Positions 40,464 through 49,331 of a stretch of 64,000 nt of DNA are shown in pieces (the stretch's first letter is position 1; every line of letters starts with the position of its first letter). Origin of the DNA: an uncultured Candidatus Rokubacteria bacterium (GTDB taxonomy: Bacteria; Methylomirabilota; Methylomirabilia; Rokubacteriales; DASRDR01); NCBI GenBank assembly GCA_963805625.1, contig CAWDVE010000017.1:320001-384000 (forward strand). The letters are read 5' to 3'. Made by a program: the position numbers and the translations under genes. The notes under the pieces are model-generated. The model ran no database searches and was not told the DNA's origin. It was given only the letters and a program-made list of their open reading frames with translations.

Positions 40464-40658
40464 ATGCCGGCACAGTTCGGAGTGTGCTCCGTGTGCAAGA
40501 AGTCGATCCCGGTGGGGACGAAGTACTACCGGTGCTCCGTGTCGACCTGTAACTCCGGACGGTTGAAGCTCACATTCTGCAGCGTGCGTTGTTGGGACAT
40601 CCACCTGCCGGAAGCGCGTCACCGCGACGCCGCCGCGATCGAGGCACTGGCGCGATAG
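40464..40658 (+). CDS. small Cys/His-rich zinc-finger protein (64 aa)
   Basis: CSVC..CSVSTC..CSVRCWDIH..RH; GAGGG upstream of ATG. Confidence 0.75.
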   Translation: MPAQFGVCSVCKKSIPVGTKYYRCSVSTCNSGRLKLTFCSVRCWDIHLPEARHRDAAAIEALAR

Positions 40659-40926
40659 CTGCCCACCTTTCCCGGAGCGCGTTCGGCGCGATAGGCAGCT
40701 CGACGAGCCCGCGCGACGACTCGAACCAGCCGCGGCTGAAGCCAACGTGGAGGCACCCGGGCGTCAAGACCAAGTCCGCGTGGCTGATCGAGCCGGACGC
40801 TTACCATGGGGGCTCAAGACGGGGGCCGGTCGGCATCTTTGCGCTCTCGGCGCCTCTTGTGTCGAGAGCACCCCGGTGAGAACGTCTAAAGAGCGCCGGT
40901 TGCGGGCTGTGAGCTTGGAGGTGAGC

Positions 40927-41337
40927 GTGAGCATTCGAGGGTTCCGGATCTCGAGCGGCGGTCTGCCGGCGCTGCTGGTGACCACCGCTCTCTGCGCGGG
41001 CTGCGCGGCATCGGCTGCCGCGGCGCGGCCGGCCGATTTCGAACTCCACAGCGAGGCGCCTCCGGTCGACTTCTACTGGCGGTTGAGCGTGACCCCGACC
41101 GCCGTCCAGGCTGACGGGCTCGTCGAGCGACGCAACCACCTCATCGCGGGCGCGTGGCTCCAGCTACTGGGCCTCGACGCGACCGGCCGCATTGTGAGCT
41201 TCACGGCCCCGACGCGCGTCCGCTGGAACGAGTCGGACGTGGAGTCGTTCACGATTCCGCTCCGGCCTCGAGGGGGGGAGCAGCGATTCGAGGTGCGCCT
41301 CTACTCCTTCGAGTATCCGGAGGAGAATTCCCCTTAG
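40927..41337 (+). CDS. putative lipoprotein
   Basis: SD GGAGG, GTG start, hydrophobic stretch ending in lipobox-like CAGC; beta-rich mature part. Confidence 0.65.
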   Translation: MSIRGFRISSGGLPALLVTTALCAGCAASAAAARPADFELHSEAPPVDFYWRLSVTPTAVQADGLVERRNHLIAGAWLQLLGLDATGRIVSFTAPTRVRWNESDVESFTIPLRPRGGEQRFEVRLYSFEYPEENSP

Positions 41338-41368
41338 GCGACCCACGAGGGTGGATTGAGGAGCACGC

Positions 41369-42046
41369 ATGAAGCTCGACGCGTTTGCCAGGTATCCGTT
41401 CCTGTTCGGTCCGTCTCCCGTGCATCCGCTGGAGCGGCTGAGCGCCCACCTCGGTGGAGCCCGCATCTGGGCGAAGCGCGACGACTGCAACAGCGGGCTC
41501 GCCTTCGGAGGCAACAAGATCCGGAAGCTCGAGTACCTGGTGGCGGACGCGATCGCGCAGGGATGCGACACGCTCGTGTCCATCGGCGGGGTCCAGTCCA
41601 ACCACACGCGCCAGGTGGCGGCGGCCGCGGCTCGGGTGTGGATGCGGTGCGTGCTGATCCAGGAGAGCTGGGTGGACTGGCCCGATGCCGTCTACGATCG
41701 CGTGGGCAACATCCTCCTCAGCCGGATTCTCGGCGCGGACGTCCGTTTGGTGCAGGCCGGGGTTCGGGATCGGGTTCAAGGAGAGCTGGGAGCAGGCGCT
41801 CGCGGAGATCGAGGCGTCCGGCGGGCGGCCGTATGCGATCCCGGCCGGCGCGTCGGACCACCGCCTGGGCGGCCTCGGCTTCACGCAGTGGAGGGCATGT
41901 TGACGGACCCCGTCTACGAGGGGAAGTCGATGGCGGGGCTCATCGACCTCGTGTCCCGGGTCGAGATCGAGAAGCGCGCGACGGTCCTCGACGCCCACCT
42001 GGGCGGCCAGCCGGCACTCAATGCATATAGCGCCCTCTTCCGTTGA
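41369..42046 (+). pseudogene. acdS: ACC deaminase pseudogene (frameshift plus internal deletion)
   Basis: [33 protein letters not shown]; +1 G at 41759-41762; jump from GGLGFTQW to [14 protein letters not shown]; ends [11 protein letters not shown]. Confidence 0.88.
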
Positions 42047-42224
42047 GCGGAGCATGAGGTGCGCGGCGCCCGGGCTGATCGGGCCACGGGACGTGCTGGG
42101 GCCGATCGGCGGGCGTCGGTGAGCGTACGGTAGTGCTCCCTGCAGAGTGGTCGAGATGATCCCGGCACCGTCCTGCCGACTCTCGTGGCGCCCCGCGAGG
42201 GACTGCCGTGCCCGCCCGTGGCGC

Positions 42225-42803
42225 GTGATCCAGACCATGATGCTTGTGATCGGCGCTTTCGTCACGAGCGTCGGGGCCCAGGTCTACCACTGGGTCGACG
42301 ATCAGGGGGTGGTTCACTACACGACAGGGCTCGAGAGCGTGCCGGAGCGCTACCGGGCCGCCGCTCGCGCCATGGCGGTGTCCTCCGTCGAGCCGCCGCC
42401 CGGGGCACCTGCCACCGCGCGGGCCGGGACGACTACCATCACCTTCGTCGCGGGCGCGCCGATCCTGGTCGCTGCCCAGATCAACGGGGCCGGCCCGGTC
42501 ACGCTGATCCTCGATACGGGGGCTGACCGGACGATGGTGGCCCCGGCGGCGCTTGCCCGCCTCGGTATCGTCACGCCAAACACGTATGCGGCCGAGGTCC
42601 GGGGCGTGACCGGCGTGACCCGGGCGGACGTGCTGTGGATCGAGTCGCTCGACGTGGGCGGCGCCCGCGCGGGCCCCCTCGCGATCGTGGCCCACGATGC
42701 CGGCCTTTCACAGGCCGACGGTCTGCTCGGCCGGGATTTCCTCTCGCTCTTCTCGGTGATGATCGACGCACGCGCGAGCATCGTCACGCTGGAGCCGAAC
42801 TGA
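42225..42803 (+). CDS. secreted DUF4124 plus retropepsin-like aspartyl protease
   Basis: VYHWVDDQGVVHYT; LILDTGA and DGLLGRDFL; start approximate. Confidence 0.85.
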   Translation: MIQTMMLVIGAFVTSVGAQVYHWVDDQGVVHYTTGLESVPERYRAAARAMAVSSVEPPPGAPATARAGTTTITFVAGAPILVAAQINGAGPVTLILDTGADRTMVAPAALARLGIVTPNTYAAEVRGVTGVTRADVLWIESLDVGGARAGPLAIVAHDAGLSQADGLLGRDFLSLFSVMIDARASIVTLEPN

Positions 42804-42954
42804 CGCATGCGAGGCAGCCTACCGGTGAGGCGTGCCTTCGCTGGCCACCGACAGCATGCGCGCTCGCACGGGGCTTGTCGGCCGGCCCGACCCCAGACAC
42901 CTTTCGCAGGTCGCTGCCGTTCCCATCGATAGCCACAGCGGAGGCAATCGGAGC

Positions 42955-43362
42955 ATGCCGAAGACGATCCAGCAGAGCGTGACACTGCCGGCGCCGGCGG
43001 CCGATCTCTACCGCATGTATCTCGATCCGAAGCGCCACGCGGCGATCACGGGCGCGCCGGTGCGGATCGGGGCGCGGCTGGGCTCTCCCTTCCGCGCCTT
43101 CAACGGCGCGCTCTCGGGGAAGATGCTCTTCACGCGGCCCGGGCGGATGATCGTCCAGACCTGGCGCTCGACGGGCTTTGGTCCGGAGGACATCGACTCG
43201 ACGCTCGTCCTCACCTTCTGGCCCCGCGGCAAGTCGGGTTGCATCCGACTCGTCCACGTCAACGTGGCGGACCGCGACGCGCGCGGGGTGACCGAAGGCT
43301 GGAAGAAGTACTACTGGAAGCCCTGGCGCGCGTATCTCACGAAGAAGCGGCGGGCGCGCTGA
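42955..43362 (+). CDS. SRPBCC/AHSA1 domain protein
   Basis: LYRMYLDPKRHAAITG, IVQTWR, GWKKYYWKPW; SD GGAGG. Confidence 0.85.
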   Translation: MPKTIQQSVTLPAPAADLYRMYLDPKRHAAITGAPVRIGARLGSPFRAFNGALSGKMLFTRPGRMIVQTWRSTGFGPEDIDSTLVLTFWPRGKSGCIRLVHVNVADRDARGVTEGWKKYYWKPWRAYLTKKRRAR

Positions 43363-43442
43363 GGCGGGCAAGAGTTGCGAGGCGTCGTCGGGGGGGCGGC
43401 GTCGATGAACCGTGCGGTGCAATTCCAATCTGGAGGCCAGAC

Positions 43443-43943
43443 GTGACAGCACATCCGACGGAGAGCCCCGGAGAGACGCAGGCCAGGAGACTCGAGCGAG
43501 TCTCGGACGAAGTGGCGAAGCTGCTGCGAGAGCCCAAGGTGACCTCGCGCCTCCGTACGTCGCCAGGCGAGAGCGAGTGGTCAGCGATGCAGACCTTGGG
43601 ACACATGACGGAGATGATCCCGTACTGGTTGCACCATTGTCGCGTTCTGATCGCGGCGGCGACGGGAGAGGTTCCCACGTTTGGACGCACGCCAGGATCG
43701 CCCGAACGACTTGCCGGGGTGGCGCGCGGCGCTGCCGCCCAACCCGACGAGATGCTGGCTCAGCTGCAGGACGAAGTTCGGCGAGCAGCCGACACGATCC
43801 GGAGCCTATCGAAGGCCGAACGCAGCAAACGCGGCATCAACCCAGGGCGGGGTGAGATGAGCGTGGCCGACGTCATCGAGTCGTTCATCGTCGGCCATGC
43901 CGAGGAGCACCTGGCACAGGTGGAAGGCGCCCTGCGGACCTGA
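43443..43943 (+). CDS. DinB/YfiT-like protein
   Basis: EWSAMQTLGH...HAEEHLAQ metal-binding pattern; SD GGAGG. Confidence 0.8.
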   Translation: MTAHPTESPGETQARRLERVSDEVAKLLREPKVTSRLRTSPGESEWSAMQTLGHMTEMIPYWLHHCRVLIAAATGEVPTFGRTPGSPERLAGVARGAAAQPDEMLAQLQDEVRRAADTIRSLSKAERSKRGINPGRGEMSVADVIESFIVGHAEEHLAQVEGALRT

Positions 43944-44008
43944 ACTGGTCGCGCCTTCCGTGCGGCCGAGACGCGTGCCCGCGCCGTCGATGCGGCGAGA
44001 AATAAGAG

Positions 44009-44504
44009 ATGCCCCCCATCGTCCGCCGGATCCGACCTGACGAGGGCCTCCGCTTGCGAGCGCTCCGCCTGCGGGCGCTGGCGGATTCGCCCTCCGCCTT
44101 CGGGTCCACGCTCGGGCGAGAAGAGGCCTTTGCCGACGAGGTCTGGCATGAGCGTGCGACGCGAGGCGGCTTGGGCCAGGACCGGGTGACGTACGTCGCC
44201 GAGGATGGCGACCGCTGGATCGGCATGGGCGACCGGTCTCGTGGCCGATGGACCTCGGCTCGACCTCGTCGGGATGTTCGTCGAGCCGGCGGCGCGTGGA
44301 AAGAGGGTCGGTGTCGCGCTGGTCCAGGCCGTGGCTGCGTGGGCTCGAGGACACGGCACGCCGCATCTATACCTCTGGGTGACCTCGACGAACCAGGCGG
44401 CGCTCGCGCTGTATCATCGCTGTGACTTCAAGGTGACCGGCAGGCACCAGCCCCTCGATCACACGCCCACCCTGTTGGAACTCGAGATGGTGCGAGATCT
44501 GTGA
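44009..44504 (+). pseudogene. GNAT acetyltransferase, frameshifted
   Basis: LRLRALADSPSAFGST in frame 1; LVGMFVEPAARGKRVG..NQAALALY in frame 2; removing one G at ~44228 gives WIGMATGLV. Confidence 0.8.
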
Positions 44505-44571
44505 CGAGCAGGGTAGGGGCAGCCGCTGAGCGCGGGGGCAGTCACGCGCGAGGCGTGGAAGGGAAGCCTTG

Positions 44572-45078
44572 ATGGACGTCTTCGAAACGATCCGCACGAT
44601 GCTGGCGGTCCGGCGGTACCAGGACAAGCCCGTTCCCGAGGCGACGCTACGACGCGTTGTCGAGGCGGGGCGGCTGACCGGCAGCGCCAAGAACCTCCAG
44701 CCGTGGCACTTCATCGTGGTCGAGGATCGGAAGACCCTCCAGAAGCTCGGCGGGCTCGCGCGGACCGGAGCGCACGTCGCCCAGGCGGGGGCCGCGGTCG
44801 TCGTCCTGGTCGACAAGACGCCCTTCGCCATCTCGGATGCGAGCCGGGCAATCCAGTCCATGCTGCTCGCCGCGTGGGCGGATGGGGTGGGGTCGAACTG
44901 GGTTGGCTTCGGAGGGCTGGACGAGGTCAAGGCGCTCCTCGGCATCCCGGCCAAGCTCGATGTCCTGGCGATCCTGCCGCTCGGCTATCCCGTCGGACCC
45001 ATGGGACGCGGCAGGAAGGACAGGAAGCCGCTCGGGACGATCGCCCACCGGGAGCGATACGGCCAGGCTTTCGAGTGA
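44572..45078 (+). CDS. nitroreductase family protein
   Basis: AVRRYQDKPV, SAKNLQPWHF, MLLAAWADGVGSNW, LPLGYP. Confidence 0.9.
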   Translation: MDVFETIRTMLAVRRYQDKPVPEATLRRVVEAGRLTGSAKNLQPWHFIVVEDRKTLQKLGGLARTGAHVAQAGAAVVVLVDKTPFAISDASRAIQSMLLAAWADGVGSNWVGFGGLDEVKALLGIPAKLDVLAILPLGYPVGPMGRGRKDRKPLGTIAHRERYGQAFE

Positions 45079-45161
45079 CTCCAGCGCGCGGCGACGGAAC
45101 TGACGCGAGCGATGGCTTGCGCCCGGGCAGCCCGGGTGCGGCCCCGAGGAAGCGGTCGGGG

Positions 45162-45887
45162 CTAGAAGCGCCCGGCGGCGGGCTTGGCGGTACGGGGCGG
45201 CAGGTTCGTGAAGGTGAGCGTGCCGTCTTCCGCGACGGCACGGTAGATGCGCTGGGGCGCCGTCACCAGGGCGATGGTCCGCGGCGCCAGGGACATGCCG
45301 CCGTCGTACATCGCGCGCACGCGCCGGACGTACTCGCGAGTCTCGGCGAACGGAGGGACGCCTCCGTAGCTCCGGACCGCGGCCTCGCCGGCGTTGTACG
45401 CCGCCAGGGCCAGGGTCACGTCGCCCCCGAAGCGCTGGAGCAGGTCCCGCATGTGGCGGACTCCGCCGTCCACGTTCTGGGTCGGGTCGAAAGAGTCCCG
45501 TACCCCCAGAACGGCGGCGCGTTCCGGCATGAGCTGCATCAGGCCGCGCGCGCCCTTCGGTGACACCGCCGTTGGATTGCCGGCCGACTCCGTCTGCACG
45601 ATCGCCTCGACGAGCCGCGTGTCGACGCCGTAGCGCTCGGCGGCGGCGCGGATGATGTGGGCGAAGGCGCGGAGTCCGCGCGACAGGCTCCCCCCCTCGC
45701 CGGCCGGCTTGGCGCCGGCCGGCTCCGGGTCCTTCCGGACGAAGTTGTACCGCGGGTCCCCCGGCACGTTCGTGTAGTGAACGACCCCCTGGTCATCCTC
45801 GAACTGATACATGGAACCAGCCCCCGCGGGGGTGGCCACGACGACGAGGGACAGGAGACCGACGTAGAGTGGCACCAGGCGAGCCAT
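45162..45887 (-). CDS. secreted lytic transglycosylase (SLT) with DUF4124
   Basis: Signal peptide; ES, AVSPKGARGLMQLMP, ALAAYNAG, ETREYV. Confidence 0.92.
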   Translation of the reverse strand: MARLVPLYVGLLSLVVVATPAGAGSMYQFEDDQGVVHYTNVPGDPRYNFVRKDPEPAGAKPAGEGGSLSRGLRAFAHIIRAAAERYGVDTRLVEAIVQTESAGNPTAVSPKGARGLMQLMPERAAVLGVRDSFDPTQNVDGGVRHMRDLLQRFGGDVTLALAAYNAGEAAVRSYGGVPPFAETREYVRRVRAMYDGGMSLAPRTIALVTAPQRIYRAVAEDGTLTFTNLPPRTAKPAAGRF

Positions 45888-45906
45888 AGGCGCTGGACCG
45901 GGGGCC

Positions 45907-45935
45907 AGTCTACGGAGCCGCCTCCGGCGTGTCAA
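45907..45935 (-). promoter_or_regulatory. sigma-70 promoter of the SLT gene
   Basis: Minus strand TTGACA-N17-TAGACT. Confidence 0.65.
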
Positions 45936-45954
45936 TCCGGCGCCCATCTGACCG

Positions 45955-48495
45955 TCAGGACGTACCTTTCCCGACCAGCTCCAACTCCAGTTCCCCGTCG
46001 AGGGGGCTCCAGCGCGACGCATCGGGCAGAGCAATATGCAACACCTCGGCCACATCCCTGACCAGGTGGACCTCGAGCTGCGCCCGGACTTCGGCCGGGA
46101 CGTCCTCAAGGAGTTGGCGCTCGTTCTGCCGCGGCAGGATCAGGGTCGTGAGCCCGGACCGATGGGCGGCCAGGACCTTCTCCTTGATACCGCCGACCGG
46201 GAGGACCCGGCCGGACAGCGTGATCTCCCCGGTCATCGCGAGCCCCGGCCGGATTGACTGGCCCCGGAGCAGGGAGACCAGCGCCGTGGCCAGTGTCACG
46301 CCCGCCGACGGGCCGTCCTTCGGGATGGCGCCGGCCGGAACGTGAAGATGGAGGTCCGAGCGCATCCAGAAGTCCGGGGCGATGCCGAGCTCGGCCGCGT
46401 GAGCCCGCACCCACGAGACGGCGGCCTGGGCGGACTCCTTCATCACGTCGCCCAGTTGGCCCGTCAGCGTGAGTGACTTGCCCCCCGCCATTGTCGAGGC
46501 CTCGACGAAGAGGACGTCTCCGCCGGCCGGCGTCCACGCAAGCCCCACGGCCACGCCGGGGGTGCGGGTGCGCTCGGCGATCTCCTCCTCGAGGAGGAAG
46601 CGGGGCGACCCGAGGAGCGCCATCACGCGCTCGGGGTCCACGGTCACTGGCTGGACGTCGCCCTCGGCGCGCCGCCGCGCGACCTTTCGGCAGAGCGCGG
46701 CGATCTCCCGCTCGAGGCTCCGCACGCCCGCCTCGCGCGTATAGCTCCGGACGAGGAGCCGGAGCGCCGGCTCCGTGAACGTGATCTCCCGGTCGAACCC
46801 GAGCCCGTGCTCGGTGGCCTGCTTCGGCGCGAGGTGGCGCCGGGCGATCTCCACTTTCTCGTCCTCAGTGTAGCCGGGCAGCTCGATGATCTCCATCCGA
46901 TCGCGGAGCGGCGCCGGAACCGGATCGAGCATGTTCGCGGTGGTGATGAACAGGACCCGCGAGAGATCGAAGGGCACGTCGAGGTAGTGGTCCCGGAACG
47001 TCGAGTTCTGCTCCGGGTCGAGCACTTCGAGGAGCGCCGAGGCCGGGTCCCCGCGGAAGTCGAAGCCGAGCTTGTCGATCTCGTCCAGCATGAACACCGG
47101 GTTCTTGGACTCGGCCCGCCGTAGCCCCTGGACGATCTGCCCGGGCAGGGCGCCGATGTACGTCCGCCGGTGACCGCGGATCTCGGCCTCGTCCCGCATC
47201 CCGCCGAGGGCGATCCGGTGGAACTTCCGCCCGAGCGCGCGCGCGATCGACCGGCCGAGCGACGTCTTGCCGACGCCAGGGGGACCCACGAAGCAGAGGA
47301 TCGGCGACTTGCCCTCGGGCCGGATCTTCCGGACCGCGAGGTGCTCGAGGAGCCGCTCCTTGATCTTGCCGAGCCCCCAGTGGTCCTCGTCGAGCACCGC
47401 GCGGGCACGGGCCAGGTCGATGTCGTCCGGTGTCTCTTTGCGCCACGGCAGCGCCGTGAGCCACTCGAGATACGTCCGAGCGACCGAGTACTCGGCCGCC
47501 GCCGGCGGCATCTTCGTGAGCCGGTCGAGCTCCCGCATGGCCTCCCGGTGCGCCTCCTCGGACATACCAGCCCCCTCGATCTTCTCGCGAAGCTCGGTCA
47601 GCTCCTGACCCCGCTCGTCGCCCTCGCCGAGCTCCTTCTGGATCGCCTTCAGCTGCTCACGCAGGTAGTACTCCCGCTGGGTCTTGGTCATCTCGCTCTG
47701 GATCTGCGAGTGGATCTTCGACCCGAGCTCGAGGACCTCGGTCTCCTTCGTCAGCGACTCCACCAGGGTCTTGAGCCGCGCCTTGACGTCGGGCGTCTCG
47801 AGGAGCGTCTGGCGCTCGACCGTGGTCAGGGAGGGCAGGGTGGCGGCGATGAGGTCGATCATACGGCCCGCATCGCCGGCTCCGGAGATGAGCGGCAGGA
47901 GATCGTCGGACAGCGCCGGGGACAGCTCGACGATGCGCTCGAAGAGCGTGTGGGCCTGACGTCCGAGCGCCTGGGCTTCCACGTCGTCGGCCGCCGGCAT
48001 GATGTCCGGTACGCGCTCGATCCGGGCCCGGAGGTGCGGCATCGTCTGCGTGAACTCCACCACCCGGAACCGCTCGAGCCCCTGGACGACCAGGCGGATC
48101 GTGCCGTCGGACTGCTTGAGCATGCGGTGAATCATCGCGATCGTGCCCGTCCGGTGGAGGTCCTGGGGGGCGGGTGCCTCCTGCGCGGCGTCGTGCTGGG
48201 TCAGAACGCCGATCAGACGGTGGCCGAGAACGGCCTCGTCGACCGCGCGCACGGACGACGGCCGCGCGACCGCCAGCGGGATGACCGCCTGGGGGAAGAG
48301 CACGGATTCCCGGAGCGGCAGGATGGCCAGCTCATCCGGCTTGTCGCCGTCAGGACGCGCGGCGTTCGCTGGGCCCGGGCCGGCCGCGCTCGTCTCGATT
48401 CGGATGTCGGTGTCGCTCACGGCGCTTCCTCGATCTGCACCAGGATTGTTCGGGTCATGGGACAGCCTTCGGTCTGTGGTGCCCTGTTCGGTCAT
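45955..48495 (-). CDS. lon: ATP-dependent protease La
   Basis: LAILPLRESVLFP, GPPGVGKTS, RRTYIGALPG, PKDGPSAG, GGIKEK. Confidence 0.97.
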   Translation of the reverse strand: MTEQGTTDRRLSHDPNNPGADRGSAVSDTDIRIETSAAGPGPANAARPDGDKPDELAILPLRESVLFPQAVIPLAVARPSSVRAVDEAVLGHRLIGVLTQHDAAQEAPAPQDLHRTGTIAMIHRMLKQSDGTIRLVVQGLERFRVVEFTQTMPHLRARIERVPDIMPAADDVEAQALGRQAHTLFERIVELSPALSDDLLPLISGAGDAGRMIDLIAATLPSLTTVERQTLLETPDVKARLKTLVESLTKETEVLELGSKIHSQIQSEMTKTQREYYLREQLKAIQKELGEGDERGQELTELREKIEGAGMSEEAHREAMRELDRLTKMPPAAAEYSVARTYLEWLTALPWRKETPDDIDLARARAVLDEDHWGLGKIKERLLEHLAVRKIRPEGKSPILCFVGPPGVGKTSLGRSIARALGRKFHRIALGGMRDEAEIRGHRRTYIGALPGQIVQGLRRAESKNPVFMLDEIDKLGFDFRGDPASALLEVLDPEQNSTFRDHYLDVPFDLSRVLFITTANMLDPVPAPLRDRMEIIELPGYTEDEKVEIARRHLAPKQATEHGLGFDREITFTEPALRLLVRSYTREAGVRSLEREIAALCRKVARRRAEGDVQPVTVDPERVMALLGSPRFLLEEEIAERTRTPGVAVGLAWTPAGGDVLFVEASTMAGGKSLTLTGQLGDVMKESAQAAVSWVRAHAAELGIAPDFWMRSDLHLHVPAGAIPKDGPSAGVTLATALVSLLRGQSIRPGLAMTGEITLSGRVLPVGGIKEKVLAAHRSGLTTLILPRQNERQLLEDVPAEVRAQLEVHLVRDVAEVLHIALPDASRWSPLDGELELELVGKGTS

Positions 48496-48932
48496 ACGGT
48501 CTCCTCGGGGATCACTCGACTCCGGGCTCCCCCCGCCTCCGCGCGCGACTGGTCGCGCTCCCATATCTCCTGGCACCGCGTGCAGCGAATCGCGAAGGGA
48601 TGGGCCCGCAGCCGGGCCGGGGCAATCTCCTCCTCGCACGCCTCGCAGCGCCCGTAGCTTCCTTCATCCATCTTCTTGAGGGCCAGATCCACCTGCGCGA
48701 GCATGCCGGCCCGCCGGTCGGCCACAGCAAAGCCCATCTCGTCGTCGGGCGACAGAGCGGGGCGGTCGCCGAACGGCATTCCCTCGACCTTCTCGCGGCG
48801 CGCCGTCGCCTCGATGCGACCCTCGCGCTCTTCTCTGAGCTTCGCCACGAGGTCGGCGCGCTTCTGCAGGAGCAGCGCCTTCAGCTCCGCCTGCACGTTG
48901 GCGGGTCGCTTGGTCGATCGTGAACGTGCCAT
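48492..48932 (-). CDS. DksA/TraR C4-type zinc finger protein
   Basis: ALKKMDEGSYGRCEAC...RLRAHPFAIRCTRCQ. Confidence 0.88.
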   Translation of the reverse strand: MARSRSTKRPANVQAELKALLLQKRADLVAKLREEREGRIEATARREKVEGMPFGDRPALSPDDEMGFAVADRRAGMLAQVDLALKKMDEGSYGRCEACEEEIAPARLRAHPFAIRCTRCQEIWERDQSRAEAGGARSRVIPEETV

Positions 48933-48944
48933 TCTCGCTCCCGT

Positions 48945-49331
48945 CTAGCAGACATCGAGTTTGCGAAGTTGCCGGTCCGCGACCCGGACCAGGCCGCCGC
49001 GCGCCGCGGCCGCTCCGTCAGGGACGGGGCTGCCGGGTTCGTGGCGCAGGGGGGAGGCCGCTGCCTCCAGCTCTTGCTGCATCGCCTGCATCTGGCGCCG
49101 CATCTTTAAGATGATCTCGATGCCCGCAAGATTCACGCCGAGCTCTCGCCCGAGCCGCAGGATCAGCCGGATCTCCTCGACGTCCTCCACGGAGTACACA
49201 CGGGTCCGCCCCGTCGTCCGGCTGGGCCGGATGAGGCCCTTCTTCTCGTAGAGCCGGAGCGTCTGCGGATGGAGCGCCAGCATCTCGGCGACCACGCTGA
49301 TGCGGTACAGGGGCCGCCCGCGATCGCTCAC
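48945..49331 (-). CDS. hspR: MerR-family heat-shock repressor HspR
   Basis: LYRISVVAEMLALHPQTLRLYE, LGVNLAGIEIIL; GTGA overlap with dnaJ-like gene. Confidence 0.88.
   Translation of the reverse strand: MSDRGRPLYRISVVAEMLALHPQTLRLYEKKGLIRPSRTTGRTRVYSVEDVEEIRLILRLGRELGVNLAGIEIILKMRRQMQAMQQELEAAASPLRHEPGSPVPDGAAAARGGLVRVADRQLRKLDVC

Noticed and set aside
44222-44235. Programmed frameshift in the GNAT gene
   Set aside because: No slippery heptamer; a single extra G, better explained by error or decay
45110-45165. GC-rich hairpins between convergent nitroreductase and SLT genes as terminators
   Set aside because: No U-tract, and GC hairpins arise easily by chance here
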